This document shows positions 1 through 14,000 of a stretch of 64,000 bases of DNA, piece after piece. The notes below the pieces were generated by a model that saw nothing but the letters and a program-made list of their open reading frames with translations, was not told the DNA's origin and ran no database searches. Position 1 is the first letter of the stretch; every line of letters starts with the position of its first letter. The position numbers were made by a program, and so were the translations under genes. This DNA comes from Chrysomallon squamiferum (Eukaryota > Animalia > Mollusca), in assembly GCA_012295275.1 (NCBI GenBank), contig CM022665.1, positions 13,082,001 through 13,146,000 of the forward strand, read 5' to 3'.

Positions 1-3000
1 TCTTCATCAGTTTGTTCCAGAACATCTGAATGATCTATCTCCTCTGATGGTTTCTGCATAGCGAATGATTCAGAGTCACAGTTTTCTTTCTTTGATTCAC
101 TTTCAGTGATAGTTTTGTTTATGCTTGGGACATAATTACCAGTGATGTAAACTATACTCTCAGTGATTACAACTTCATCTTCACTTGAAGTCCCAGAACC
201 TTCTGACTGTTCACTGCTAATTGGGTGCTTTTCAAGAGCAGTTCTCTTCCTCTTATGTTCATCTTTAGCAAACAACCCACCTTTCTCTTCTGAGTAATCT
301 TGTTTGTCAGTCACTGATTTTGAGGACAATTCTGATTGGCTAAGAGATATTTTGATGTTTTTACCATTACCATCATCCATTGGATAAGAAACAATTTCTG
401 TAACAAATGTCTGCATTTCCTCATCATTTGTATTAACATTTTCAGTCAATTCAGTTTTAGGATAAACATCATTTGTTACATTTTTGTAAGTATCTATCGC
501 AGGTTGAGACTCTTCATGATATTTCATGTATGGAAATGTTTCAATTGTGATTATTTCACTATTTTCACTTAGATCTGATGATTTTCCATCTGCTTGAACA
601 CCAGTCTTCTGTGTGGAAATGTCAGTTTCAGCAAACTGTTCATTGTCTTTGTTATCTGTTGTAAGAAATGAACTTTGAAGTTCTTCTTCTGTCTCCATGT
701 CTAAACTGCTTTGTTTTCTTATTTCTTTATTATCTTGACCTGCTACAAAATAAGTAACAGTTTCTGTCACCAGTGTTTCATTATCATCTTGTTTATTTTC
801 ATTGTCAGTATCTGATTCTGCTGAAAATACATTTGTGGCTACTGATAACAAATCCATGGCTGTTTGTTGTTGATCAGTTACCTGTTGTTTGCTGTCAGAT
901 GTTGGTCTACTGATGATTTCTTCCTGAATGTAAGAAACTGTCTCAGTGCTGACTGTTTGTGGTTCATCTTCATAGTCAGCATCTAGTGTATTTTTATCAT
1001 TTGATAATATTACTGGATCAGTGACTTTTTCCATATTTCTAAATGGCTTGTCAAATTCATTGCTACCTTTATCTGCCATATATGTAATGGTTTCTGTGAT
1101 GAAAATTTCATTTTCTTCTTCACTGTTTTCACTTGTTGATTCTTCACTTCTGGGATGTGATGGAAGCATACTGTCCTCCATTACTGCTGTATCACACTGC
1201 TCCTTCTTCTCTAATAAATCTTGACTCAGTTTATCAAGTTTTTTTGATGATTCAGCTTCCTTAGGCTTTTGTTGATCCATTCTTGCTAACGTGCTGATTT
1301 CAGTGTCATTTGTTTTAAAGATAACAGTTTGTTGATCATCTATTGATGCTGGTGGATGAAGAGCTGTTTGTTCCTGTAGCAGCTGTTCATCTGTTCTAGA
1401 AGGTTCAGTAGTGTTATCTTCTGTCACATACATGACAGTTTCTATGATGAAAGTTTCTTCTTCCTCATTGCTCACTGCACTCTCATCTTTATCAAAAGAT
1501 TTTAGTTTCTGATGCTCATATACATTTTGCAGGCCACTACTTGAAGACTGACCAATGTCTTCAGTGTTATCAAGGTCAGTTACATAAGTAAAAATTTCAG
1601 TAACAACATCTCTATCAGATTCTATATTTTTGGCTTGATCAAGTGTTGGCTGAAAAGTAATGTCCTTTTCTTCTTTTCCTTCTTTTTGATCATTTCCAGT
1701 AGATTTTATGATTTCTAGATCTTCTGTTACATGTGTTACAGTTTCAAGATCGTCTGTAATATTGTCATTATAAACAGAACGTATATGCTGGAAAGTTATG
1801 TCCATGTTTTCTTTTTCTTCTTGCTGGTCCATTTCAGATGATTTAACACATTCTATGTGTTCTGTCACAAATGTTACACTTTCTGTGACAAAAGATTCAT
1901 GGTCTTCTGCCACTTCATCTTTATCTCTTGATGATTCTGATTTCTGGATGTCAGCATCTAAATTTTCTTTTTCTTGTTGTTTAATCTTTCTGGCAGACTT
2001 ATTGATTTCTGCATCTTCTGTCACATATGAAACAGTTTCTGTTACAATTGTTTCAAGATCTTCTTTAATTGTCTCATTATCTTTTTGTGATGAAAGTGGC
2101 TGGAGGACAGAATCTTTAGTTTGTTTTTCTTTTTGCTGGTCAATTTCAGGTGATTTAACAAGTTTTCCACCTTCATTCACAAATATTACTGATTCGGTTG
2201 TAACAGTTTCAAGATCTTCAGAACTATTCTCTTTGTCTTTAATGGAAGCTGCCGGCTTGAAAATAACATCCATACTTTCTTTTTCTTGTTCAAACTTTCC
2301 AGGAGATGTTCCAATTTCTAATTCATCTGCCACATAAGTAACAGTTTCTGTTATAACAGTTTCAAGATCATCTGTAATTTTCTTTCTATCAGAAGATGCT
2401 GTGGATTTTAAAGCAGAATCAATGTTTTTGTTTTCTTGTTGTTCATCAACTTCAGGAGATTTTTTTACTTCTATTTTCTCTTGTGGTTTATCTTTACTGT
2501 CAGATTTACCAAGTTCTGAATCTTCTGTTACATTTTCAGTTACAACTGTTTCAAGATCTGTACTGATTTCTTTTTCATCTAGCAATGTTGCACTCTGGAA
2601 GGAAATAACATTGCTATCTTTTTCTTGTTCACAACTCCCTGGAGATTTATCCATGTTTTCTTCTGTCACAAATGTCACAGTTTCTGTTATAACAGTGTCA
2701 AGATCTTCTGTACTTTTCTCTTTCTCCTTTGAGGATGGTGATAGCTGGAGGACAGCATCCATATTTTCTTTTTCTTGTTGTTGCCTTACTCCTAGATCAT
2801 CAATTACAAATGTGACACTTTCTGTTACAACAGTTTCAACATCTTCTGTACTTTTCTCTTTACCTGATGATGATATTGCTGGTTCCTGGGAGCCAGTATC
2901 CATTTTTTGTTCCTTCTCTTGATCCCTTCTAGAATAGTCTGTGATTTCAGCATCTCCTGTCATATAACTGTTTTCATGAATTTTTTCTTTATCTTTAACT

Positions 3001-6000
3001 GCTGTTGTCATTTGGAAAATGCTTTCTGTTACATGATCATAGGTCTCCCTGACTGATTCACTGGTTTCCTTATTTTCACTGAAATCTGTTATGTAAGTAA
3101 TTGTTTCAGTAACAATACTTTCTTGTTCATTCTCAACATTCACTGTAATTGTCTCTCTAACTGTTTCCATATTACTGTTTTCCTGCTGTTGGTCTGTTTT
3201 AAAAGGCAAACTTAATCCTTCAGTACTGTCATCTTCTGTTACATATGAAACCATTTCTGTTATTACATTCCTTTCTTCAATGTCTTCTGTTTTTTTCTCA
3301 TCAGGTTTTGTATATGCTCTTTGGAAAACCTTATCTATTTCATGTTTATTACCCACTCCCCTATCAATACCAGATTCTATCTTTAAAACAATTTCTTCTT
3401 CTTCAGTATCCAATTGAATTTCATCCTCTCTTACTGATTGTAAAGCACTGACCATTTCTTCTTCTGCATGCTGAGAACTAATGCTTGGGCATTTACTGGT
3501 TTCTAAATCATCTGTGACGAAGGTTACAATTTCTGTTATAATAGTTTCGTCATCATCATTAGCATTTCTGCCTGTGTTCTCTGATAGTGTTGTTGGTTGT
3601 AAGGTTGAGTCTGTTTGGTCCTTTCCTTTGTGTTGGCTGGGTCTGTAGGAAAAACTGATTTCTTCTGTGGTGTGTGTAACATTTTCAGTGATTATATTTT
3701 CCTTTTCTTCTTCAGAGTCTTCATTCTTTCTTTCTCTTTCAGGGGAAGTTCTTGGGATATCCATGTTCTTTTCTGAGAATTCTTGTTGTCTGACATCATC
3801 TGATATATCACTCTCTTCTATTGTTCTGTCATCAGTCAGGAAAACAGCTGTTTCAGTTATCATTCGTTCAGTGTCATCTTCACTAAGTGTCTTTTTCTTT
3901 GTTGAAAGTTCTTCTGAATTCATTGAGTCGTCTGCACATAACTGTAATTGTGGAAGTTCTGAGCCAATAGAAATGTCTTTGTCCTCATTCTGCACAAATA
4001 CAACACTTTCAGTTATCACTGTTTCTTTGTCATCAGTATTTCCAGTTTTGACATCATCCACAGAGTTCTCAATAGTCTCAGTAACAATATTGTCTGATCT
4101 GTTTTCATCACTTTTGTCACTATCAGGAAATTCCTTTTCATGGTCTCTTGGATCTGAATTCAATTCTGGAATAAAAGCTGTTTCTTCAGTTATTCCAGGA
4201 TACTGTCTTTTTTCTTTGTCTTGACTTTCCTTAACAGTTTCTATAATGTTCATTTCTTGCTGCAGTGATACTTCATTTGATAACTGTTGCTGATCTTCAC
4301 CATCTATTTGTCTTCCATCTCCCTGCTGATAAAATAATGCAGTATCTTCACTGGTTATTTCTTCAATATAGGTTCCTTCAGGCTTGGTCACGTCATTTAA
4401 AGAAGACACCATACCACAATATTGTTCATTTGGTGATATTATTAATAATTGTTGACTATCACCTGGCAGAAGGTCTTCTGCTTCACTAGATGTATCTTCT
4501 ATACCAGATCTGATAACAACTGTCTCAGAAGAATGTTTCCATTCATTTTCTAGATCACTTTCTCCTGGTGCCCTCTTGACATCTGCTTCTGTAATTCCAG
4601 CTGATATGGGTCTTTTACCAGGCTGCTGTAGCTTAACAGTGCCAGAAAATGTACTTTCAGGATGTTGTGAAGAAAGTGGAATATCTTCATCTATTTCTTT
4701 AATTTGTGGTGGTATGGTATCTTGCTCACCACTGCTAATATCAGAATCAGATATGTTTTTATCTTCGTTTTCTGTAATCATTTCTGACAAAACAGCACTG
4801 CTGGATTTATAATCCATGTTTTCATCATTTGGTGTTTTAAAATGTTCATTTTCATCTGATTTTGTTTTGCTTATATCTGTTTTTGCAATTCTGTATTCTA
4901 CATCTCTGTCAGACTGGTCACTGTTTGGTAAAATACTGATAGTTTGCTCCTGGTCATATTGCTGAGAAATACCTTTTTCTGGCATTTGCTTTTGTTTAGA
5001 CTGTTTGTGTGAATCAACAGGTTTATCATATAAAGTAACATTTAGACTGCTTTTTCCGTCTTGTTCTTCTGAAATCAATCTGGGATCCATAAAACATTCT
5101 GATGATTCTATAGAACCAGAGGTCTGGAGTTCTGATTCTTCAGTATCCTCTATAGTACTTGGTACAACAGATGAACCTGGCCATGGAGACACAATCCCAA
5201 TTACTGCTGAAACAGATCCAGTGCCTTCCAGATATTCCTTATCTGAACTACTTGTTAAACCTGTGTCACCTCTTTCTAAAATTTCTGGCAAGACTACAAT
5301 TCCAAAAGATTTATCATGTGGAGCTGGTGATTCAAGGTAACCTTCTGATGCCAACTGATTGGTTTTGGACACATTTCTGTCAACCTCACTGAAGACAGGA
5401 ACCAAATCAGGTAAAGACTGGATTCTGTCAACACTATTATCACTAGTAATGTTACTTTCAACATGTGGCTCTATAGCTGTTTCATCCTTAGCTGTAAAAT
5501 CAGTTCCTTCAGATTCCCTCAGAGTATCACTGGTTATGCCTGATGATAATTCTTTATTTGTATCCTGAGCAGAAGTCTGAGAACTGTCTATAGAAGTTTT
5601 AGGAATTTCCTGAGTAGATATATTTGGAATATTCTTGTGTTCAGCTAAACCTTGCTGATCACTGTAAACAATACTGTCTGGATGTGCCATTGGAGAACTC
5701 ACTCGAAAGGAATCCCTAACAATATATTCACTGGGCACTGTACTCAGGTGTCCCCTGGTCATACTTCTATTTCTGTCATTAAAGTTATACTCTGAAAGAG
5801 CAGCCTGAGGTTCACAGGTTAATGATGTGACAAATGTCTCTCCGTCTTCCAGCTTGCTGCTGCTGATTTTCCTTTCTGGAGAACTAGAAGTAACTGCATC
5901 TGTGTCTACTGAGGCTTGGTCAAAAGGCTCGGAAATGTTTTCATCTGTTGCATCAGGAGATGCTGACTCTGCCCCAGTTACTAAGCCACTGTCTGACAGA

Positions 6001-8602
6001 GAGTCATCACTCATCAGAAAATCAGATCCTTCCTTGATGCCATGATGTTTCTGTCGTGGGGCTCTGAATTCTGTATGCATCAATATGAGGGCTGTGTCAT
6101 CCAAAGAGATTGTGTCCTGAACTCCTATCCTCTGTCGAAAGTTCTTTGGCAATAAGACTTCATTATCTTCATTGTCTGGCTGACTCACTCCATCAGAAGA
6201 TCCTTTCTGAAATACTGAATTGCCTTCTGTCATGCCTGGACCAAGTTCCCAGTTCAGCTCATCTGAAATAATTAGCTTCTTTCCTCCATTTACGTCTTCA
6301 TCTTGATTTTCTAAAGATGCAATATCAGGTTCATCTTCTGAAGACAGTTTAGTTAATCCTTTCTGATCAGCTGGAACAGTTACACTTTCCTGTAACAAAG
6401 TTAATGGATAAAGTTTCGCTGTTTGTTGTGAATCATCTTTTGCAACAATAATGTTACTCTGAATTGGACAGGCATCACTATGTCTCAGTGGTGTTGCTGC
6501 ACTAGGAACATTTTCATTATTTAAAAACTGAATGTCACCATTTTTACCTTGGAGATTTTGAATTTGTAATTCAAGTGGATTAATAATGTCAGAATCTTTT
6601 TCCCCTAAATCATGCTGACCTGCTTCAATGAAACTTTTAGCATTCTTTGAAACACCTGATGACAAATCCTGTGAAGCTACCACATCAGTTTTTAGTTTCT
6701 CGTCGCATACAGTACTCTGTAAACTGTCTTCTTTTATGAGTCCATCTAATCTGTCAGTAACTAAATCTGTACCTGTATTATCAGCATCACTTTTTGTTTC
6801 CTCAGGTAAATGTACATTATCACCTTTTTCACAAGTTAAAATCACCTGTTTAGCTATCTCCCGCTCATCTTCAGATTCATCTTTTTGTACAAAATACTGC
6901 TTAACATCATCTTTTCCTGCAGAGACTATTGGTGATGCATCAAATGCAGGAACTGGTGTGTTAAAATCTTTTACATTAGGACTTGTTATTTCTGTTTCAG
7001 ACTCATTCATCTCTTTAAGAGAAGAAGGGGGAACATGTTCAGGAGTTTCACCAATGCAGTAGGAACTAGAACCCTCATCTATTAACACACGCTCAGCTGA
7101 ACTCTCTCTGCTCACATCTGCACACTGAACCAGTCTCTCCATATCAAGGGAATGTGTGGAACCAAAATATGTTTCTGACACAACTGTACCAGTCTGAGAA
7201 CCAGGCACATCTTCTTTCACCAAAATTATCTTTTCACTTCGGAATGACTGGAATTTATCTTCTTTTTCTATCTTCTTGGTCTCTGTAAGATTAATATTAA
7301 TGCTATCAGGTAGGGAAGATTTTTCCAGTTCTGAGGTTTCTTCATTATCTGTTCTCCGTAAACCATAAGTCCGAAACTCTGATTTTTCTACATTATACTG
7401 AATGTTTATTTCATCTTCGTTTATTGTCACATGAAATTTTACAGTTTTTGGATCACTGTCAGAGTCAGTGCTAGATTCACTGTCTGTCCTGTGAACTCTG
7501 ATTTCTTTAACACCAATCCTTGGCACATATGTTCTGGCCATAGAAACATCTTCTTTAGAACCTCCAGATACAGCTGAATCACTCAGTGGAATGTTAACAC
7601 TCTCAGCTCCAAGTTTTGCTGGAGGTCCTTTAACAGTGAATGGGTCATTTCGCTTCTGTGCTCTATGATGTCTCTGCTTATTAGTCCATACTTCAGTTGG
7701 TGTCACTGAGAGGACAGGGCTTTTCTTTGATCGTGATGATGAAATCAACTGCACCAAATTGTGAGATCCTTCAGTCTCAGAGTGTGAAGAGGACTGGGAG
7801 TCACCTGAACTCCAGGTGGCAAGAGGAGACATTCCCATCTGAACACTGGCCCCCTCTGTTTGAGTGTTTGTGGTGAGGTAAGTGTCAGCATGGGTAGCTC
7901 TGAGTCTTGCTGTCTCAGCAGGATCTTCAGATTCTTCCATCTGAAACTCATTATCTGAAACATGAAGCAGTTCATCATGTGGTAAATTTCTTTCACTTTT
8001 TTCCTTTTTAGGGTCCATCTGGGCAGTTATACACAACTTCTCCTGTCCAGGACTCCATTGATTAGCCTGTATTTTAGTGTTAAGTCTGTCATATTCAACA
8101 GTTGGATCCTGTTTAATTTTTTGTCCATCTAATGTATCAGTTTTTTCATATTTCACTATAGTTTCCGCTAATGAAACAGCTTTTTGATCTTCCCCAGAAT
8201 CTTCAGATGAAAGAAATGTTTTTTGATCTTTAGCTAAACCAAAAACTGTCTTATCTTTCACTAAATACTCTGTTAAAGGAACAGCTTCTTGGTCACTCTC
8301 CAAACCTTCAGTTACAATGTCGGGGTTTATTTCTGACCCTAACTCTTCAGTGAGTTGTTGTATGGACTGACTTATAGCCTGTATCTGTTCAGCTGTGTGT
8401 CTGTCTTTAACACTGTGAGGTCTTGTTTCATCAGAGTGTGTCAGGGAATCTTCAGAGTAAACACTATCATTGTCAGAAGTCTGGTATTCCTCAGAACTGT
8501 GATCTCGTCTTTTCTTCACTAACACATCTGTGCTTTTTGAGGCTGGTCGACGTCGTCTTCGAGATCCAGAACCAGGTCGGGATGAAGATTTGGACTGACA
8601 AC
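1..8602 (-). CDS. STARD9: Giant coding exon, >=8,602 nt (>=2,866 codons), S/D/E/T/K-rich with internal repeats; continues beyond position 1
   Basis: ttttcactctag|GT TGT CAG... phase 1. The same frame reads open in spot translations at about 8600, 7500, 6100, 2300 and 20. The ORF track lists no stop-terminated ORF in this frame. Composition is exon-like against the AT-rich intron above 8603. Confidence 0.92.
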
Positions 8603-8627
8603 CTAGAGTGAAAAATTAAACAGAGGG

Positions 8628-8658
<31 letters not shown>

Positions 8659-10988
8659 CAATGTCCTGCAAAGTTTATCATCAAAATAATTACAACTTTT
8701 CTGAAATTATTCATGTAATGTTCTTTCTGTAATAGCTGCAATAAGGTATTAACTACTTACACAGCTTTGGTAAAAATATGCAGTTCTTAGCCTCAGGTTA
8801 TATGTTATAATATCTAAAATCAGTACTCACTTGTAATGAACACATTTTAATAAAATAAATAAAATAAATATCAAAAAATAAAATTTAAACGTCAATTCTT
8901 AGGCCTTTCAAAAACATTTATAATATATTTTATACCTATAAATAGTGTACTAAGTTGCTAAGCACTTTTGTCAACAGCCAAAAATATTCAAAATAACAAC
9001 AACAAGTAGATGCATGTATTAAGGATATTATAAAATATGTATACACACAAGTTCGATTCCTGTTGATACCAGTATGTTTTGGAGTACAGCCAAAATCTCC
9101 TTATCAGAATGTCACACTGAACAGTAAGCTGATCTAAACTTACACTTGGCATGAGTTCCACATATTTCTTTACACTGGTATTTAAAAAATATAATTGCAG
9201 TCTCACAGGTAAAATACCCTGTTGATGACTTACAAAGATTTCAGACATGGGGGATTTAAAAAATAAAATTGATTACAAAAATACAACAATATTTTATTAA
9301 ATAATGCATTAAAATAAAATAAAAGTAATGCAAGTATTTAACAACATATTATAGTGTGCTTTTTCTTAAAGGAGACATTTGGAAATCTGAGGATTTAAAA
9401 AAAACTATATTTTGTTGATTACAAAAATGCAATAATATTTTTAGTAATTGCACTAAATTTGAAATGAATATTTTGATACATGCACATATTTGAGACATTT
9501 TAGCTAGAGACATTTGGAAAAAAACTTATTCTAGTTATATTGATTTCAGTATGGATAATAATTTTACAAATTACATTATGATAGATTATGGCACCAACAA
9601 AATTATTATATTATAAAAGAAATCTTAAAATTATTTATAAGACTAGATTGATTAACATGTAATATTGCTAACTTTACCTTTAAATCAACTTTCAACATAA
9701 ACAAGATCATGGCTCAAACCTTAGAATTTAAAAAAATAAAAAATCGAAAATAAAAAAATGATTTTATTAATTAATTCATTTTTAAAATATTATTATTATT
9801 TCTGTTTGGGATTACTACACTGTCATTAAAACAAGATTATGAAAATTATACAGTTCTTTATCCATATACTTTTACAGAATTCCATAAAATGGCTATAATC
9901 TGGCTGACACTATACACAAGCAATTACTTTTGAAAAAACAAGAAATATCAGATACATACATTATATTGGGTCAAAGAAACAAGTATTTTACAACCCCAAA
10001 ATTAAATAAAAGCTACTTATAATTATTATTACTATCTAGGTTTGTTACAGTTAAAACCCTCATCTCTGAAAAGTAATGTAACTAGTCAAATTTAAAATAT
10101 TCATTTCAGATAAGAATTAGAAAAAGTTTGATTAGATTATTTTTCATTTTTCAAACATGAGTAGTTTAATTGTTGGTTACACACTCTATTTATTTATTTA
10201 TTTTAAATATTAACAACAAAAATAAATTATTATTATTTGTACAAGTTATGTAAAATAATTTTTATTAAAAATACTGTCTTTATTACAGATTAAATTATTT
10301 CTAAATCATAAATCTAAAATTATTATCAAAGATATATCTCAGTGTTTTTATTGTTTGATAGCCAAAAATATTATTAAATATTCACATGATTTAGACATAA
10401 TGTATCACATTATTTTTAAAACATGGGCAATCAGATAAATCCCATTGTTATAGGGGTTTATTAGATATAAAAAATGAAGATATAAGGTATCTAGTGTTTG
10501 TCTATGTGCATGTAAAACAATCTATCTCCAGTCAATTACAGTTTAATATCTTACACTTGTGTCTAACCAAGCATACTGCAGTTGTGACAAAAAATTTGAT
10601 TACAATACAGAATTTGTTGACTGTAAAGTATTTTTGTCTTGACTCAGTGTTATTATATCCAAACCCGTCTATTCTGAGGTGATTACATTAACACCTGTTT
10701 TACACACAATGTTCCAGACTAGATCAGACATGTACACTACATCAATCCTATCATAGCAGCCTAACACATTAATATGTACATGAACAACCTTAACTGTATA
10801 GAGACAACAACATATTAACATACAATCATGCATGAATGCTCTTCTGTATAATACATATTTTTACTTAGAATGTCTTTGAATTTATTTCAATCTTCAATCA
10901 TTAAAGATACATAAATGAACATACATACATACATACAATAATTATAGAATTGTACATAAGCATTCAGTATTACTACAAACACATGCAT

Positions 10989-11021
<33 letters not shown>

Positions 11022-14000
11022 CACACACATACACAAACAAATGCCAAAAAACCAGAAACAAATATCCATAGTATTTAGCTTTACACACAAACAAACACAT
11101 GCCGAAATACAGACATGAACTTAACATTTAACTTTATAAACAAACAACAAAACAATTTTAAGTCTATATTTGTTATTAATATAATGGCCATTAGCCATGT
11201 ACGATTTACTGAAAGTAGCCTACTGATCAGAGATTATTTGTTTCTGAACTAAACCAAACTGACCTGCATTGTTTAATCATTAGGTGATTAATACAGACAT
11301 TCAGTAATTTTCTAGTAGTAACAACAACAATTATGATGATGATACGACAAAGATCATGATAAAGACTATTATAATAAAAACAACAACAATGATAATAATA
11401 ACAACAACAGCAATAATAATAACAACAAAACAATACAAGGTTGTTATGGTTGATATTACTTCTGTCATTGTTTCTTTATTACTGTAATTATTACTGTTGC
11501 TAATATTATTGTTGTGTTTTCATAGTTGTTAGTATTATCACTGCTATTATTATTTTTGCTGTTATCATTTTGTTATTATTGTTTGTGCCATTTTTATTAT
11601 TATTTTTATTGTAATCATTTTATTATTACTATTATTATCATTGCTGTTATTATTGTTTTTATTAACATTATAATAAGCTGAGAATCCTTTTTTCAAAAAT
11701 ATTGGGACTGGAAGTGTTTCATATTTTGGAATGTAAGAATGTAAGTCTGAAAACAGGATCTAAATCTAAATATGAATTTCATTTATATTTCATGTACAGT
11801 TTATACAAATAGTCTGAATTTTTTTAAAAATAATTTTGTGCATAAAATAATGTATGTATATGCAAAGCAGTCTGAAAACTGTAAACCTATATTGTTATTA
11901 TCATCACTGTCATTACTATTATTATTATCATTATCATCATCATCATAGCCATTATTATCATTATCATCATTTTTATTATTGTTGTTGCTGTTGTTGTTGT
12001 TGTTGTTATTATTATTATTATTAAACATGTCTATTACCTGATGCAAGGGAATCATCAGAGAACTGGTCAGTGCTGTCCGAACTTGCTCCCTGATGTCGAT
12101 TTCTCTGACGTTTTGATCGGCGACCATTGGAATTACCAGCTGCACTGGCATTTCTGAAATCACAATACAAAAGTACATGTACATTATTATATCCAGTATA
12201 TGTATACAGTAATATTTATATCTATCTATCTATATACCATATATGTACTTGCTTTTTTATATAAGATATTTTACGAAACTAATTTACTAAATTACTGTGA
12301 TTTGTCACTTTTACACAGTTTACACATACACACACACACACATACACTACACACAGACAAACAATAACCCATGTAAATGACATTTCACACACTGAGGTAG
12401 AGCTGTACTGAAGTTATACCTGCCTGGGTTCATTGTGTTGACAGAAGAAAAAAAAAAAAAAAAAAAACAGCAAATTGATTTAAGGCATTTAAGTGTTTGG
12501 TTATGCCTGTGAATATATATATGTGAGTACAAATATGTGTTTATTTTATCTGTGTGTGTATTTCTAATTGTATGTGTAACAGTGAATGTGTATGTGTGTG
12601 TGTGTGTTTTTTAATATTAAAAATTAAGAAACAATACTACATAATAAACCATATAAAAACATATAAAAATATTAAATGACATTAAAGTAGTGAAATGTTT
12701 TTTTAATTTAATTTTCAAAAAAAATCAGCAATAAACAAGAAGATAAATAACACCAAACATAGCTAAATAACTTTTAACAACCCAAAATGAACAAATAAAT
12801 ATAATTATTTTTTTTAAATAAAAAACTAACATAAATAGACAAATATATAAACTAAAAAACCCCCAGCTTTGATAGATAATTATTATAACCATAATTATCA
12901 TTTTTAAATTTACATTTAAAAACTTATATAATCTATAATCAACAGTATATTTTTAATAATAATATAAAAATTAAACATATAAATTAATTTTAGAAAAAAT
13001 AAATAATAAAACAAATCAAAGTAATTCAAGATATAACAAAAAAAACAATAACTATATAAAAAAATCACCACATTTCACTTTACCTTTAGTTTTCCATTCA
13101 GAAACCAAAATCAGAAACTAACTACTTCAGAATTCAAATACTTAGAATTATGAAATAACACTTGATATGTAACTCCAAAATGTTACAAGCTCCTGTCGAC
13201 ATACCTTCAGCTTAAACTAGCTGTACCAACAAGGAATTACAGAAAAATAAAGAAACCTGGATTATGACAGAAAAGCTTTAGCTGGGAATTTTATAACCGA
13301 GCACTCTATATCTATTACTGTTGTCAACAGAAAAATGTTATCACTCGAAAGTACTCGATACCAATTCGAAGCCAACAGTAGTATGTAACTGAATGTCATT
13401 AGTGTTTCATGTTGGTAAATAGACACTATAGGGTTATGTGAATTCATGCAGACCTTTTCTCAGAGACTCTATGCTACATATAATGTTTATGACATACAGA
13501 ATAATATTATACAGTTATTTATTTTTAATTTTTTTTGTTTCACAAATAAGAATTGTTATGTGAGCACTGAACTGATATATCTATAATTTGGATCCGATCA
13601 CTATTTATTGGTGATCTAATTGAGAATTTAAATGTTTGTGTGTGTATGTCTGGGTAATTAAATGTTTGTGTGTATTTGTGGGATTGTATTTCATGTGCGT
13701 GTGTGTTTATGTGTGTATTTATTTGTGATTGTATTTTATTTATGTTTTTGTGACATGTTCATGTGTGTGCTTGATCATGTGTATATCCATTTATGTGTCT
13801 ATTTGTGTGTGTTTTTCTAGCATGGTATCTTAACTTTAATTTATAAATTTTTGAAATAATGAGAATTTGTGTGTTTATTTTTTTTTTGCATATGTGTATT
13901 AAGTATGTATTTGTTTAAGAGTACAAGTGTTTATGATTAAAGAAAAACATAAATAAAGTACTAGTATAAAAATCTCCTTTAAACCTTTTATTTTCACTTT

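Noticed and set aside
145-4095. TET repeats as canonical LC8 (TQT) sites
   Set aside because: The anchor Gln is Glu in every copy read, so they do not fit the established LC8 consensus.
336-8611. Many Ser/Phe/Leu-rich plus-strand ORFs (e.g. 1798-2337, 2401-2922, 3667-4224) and the minus ORF 7745-7996
   Set aside because: These are antisense or off-frame shadows of the giant exon; the same applies to the plus ORFs in 16786-19472.
9367-9683. TTAA-AGG...CCT-TTAA as a Kolobok-type MITE
   Set aside because: The inverted match is only 3 bp beyond TTAA; the region is better explained by a diverged local duplication (about 9240-9500).
11801-12184. 127-aa minus ORF with poly-Asn
   Set aside because: Wrong frame over the real 116-nt exon, reading through into a triplet microsatellite.
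12393-12419. 27-nt frame-preserving segment (K)YNFSTALP(Q) after a poly-U tract
   Set aside because: It needs the second of two close AGs and a weak gtgtgt donor; unsupported.
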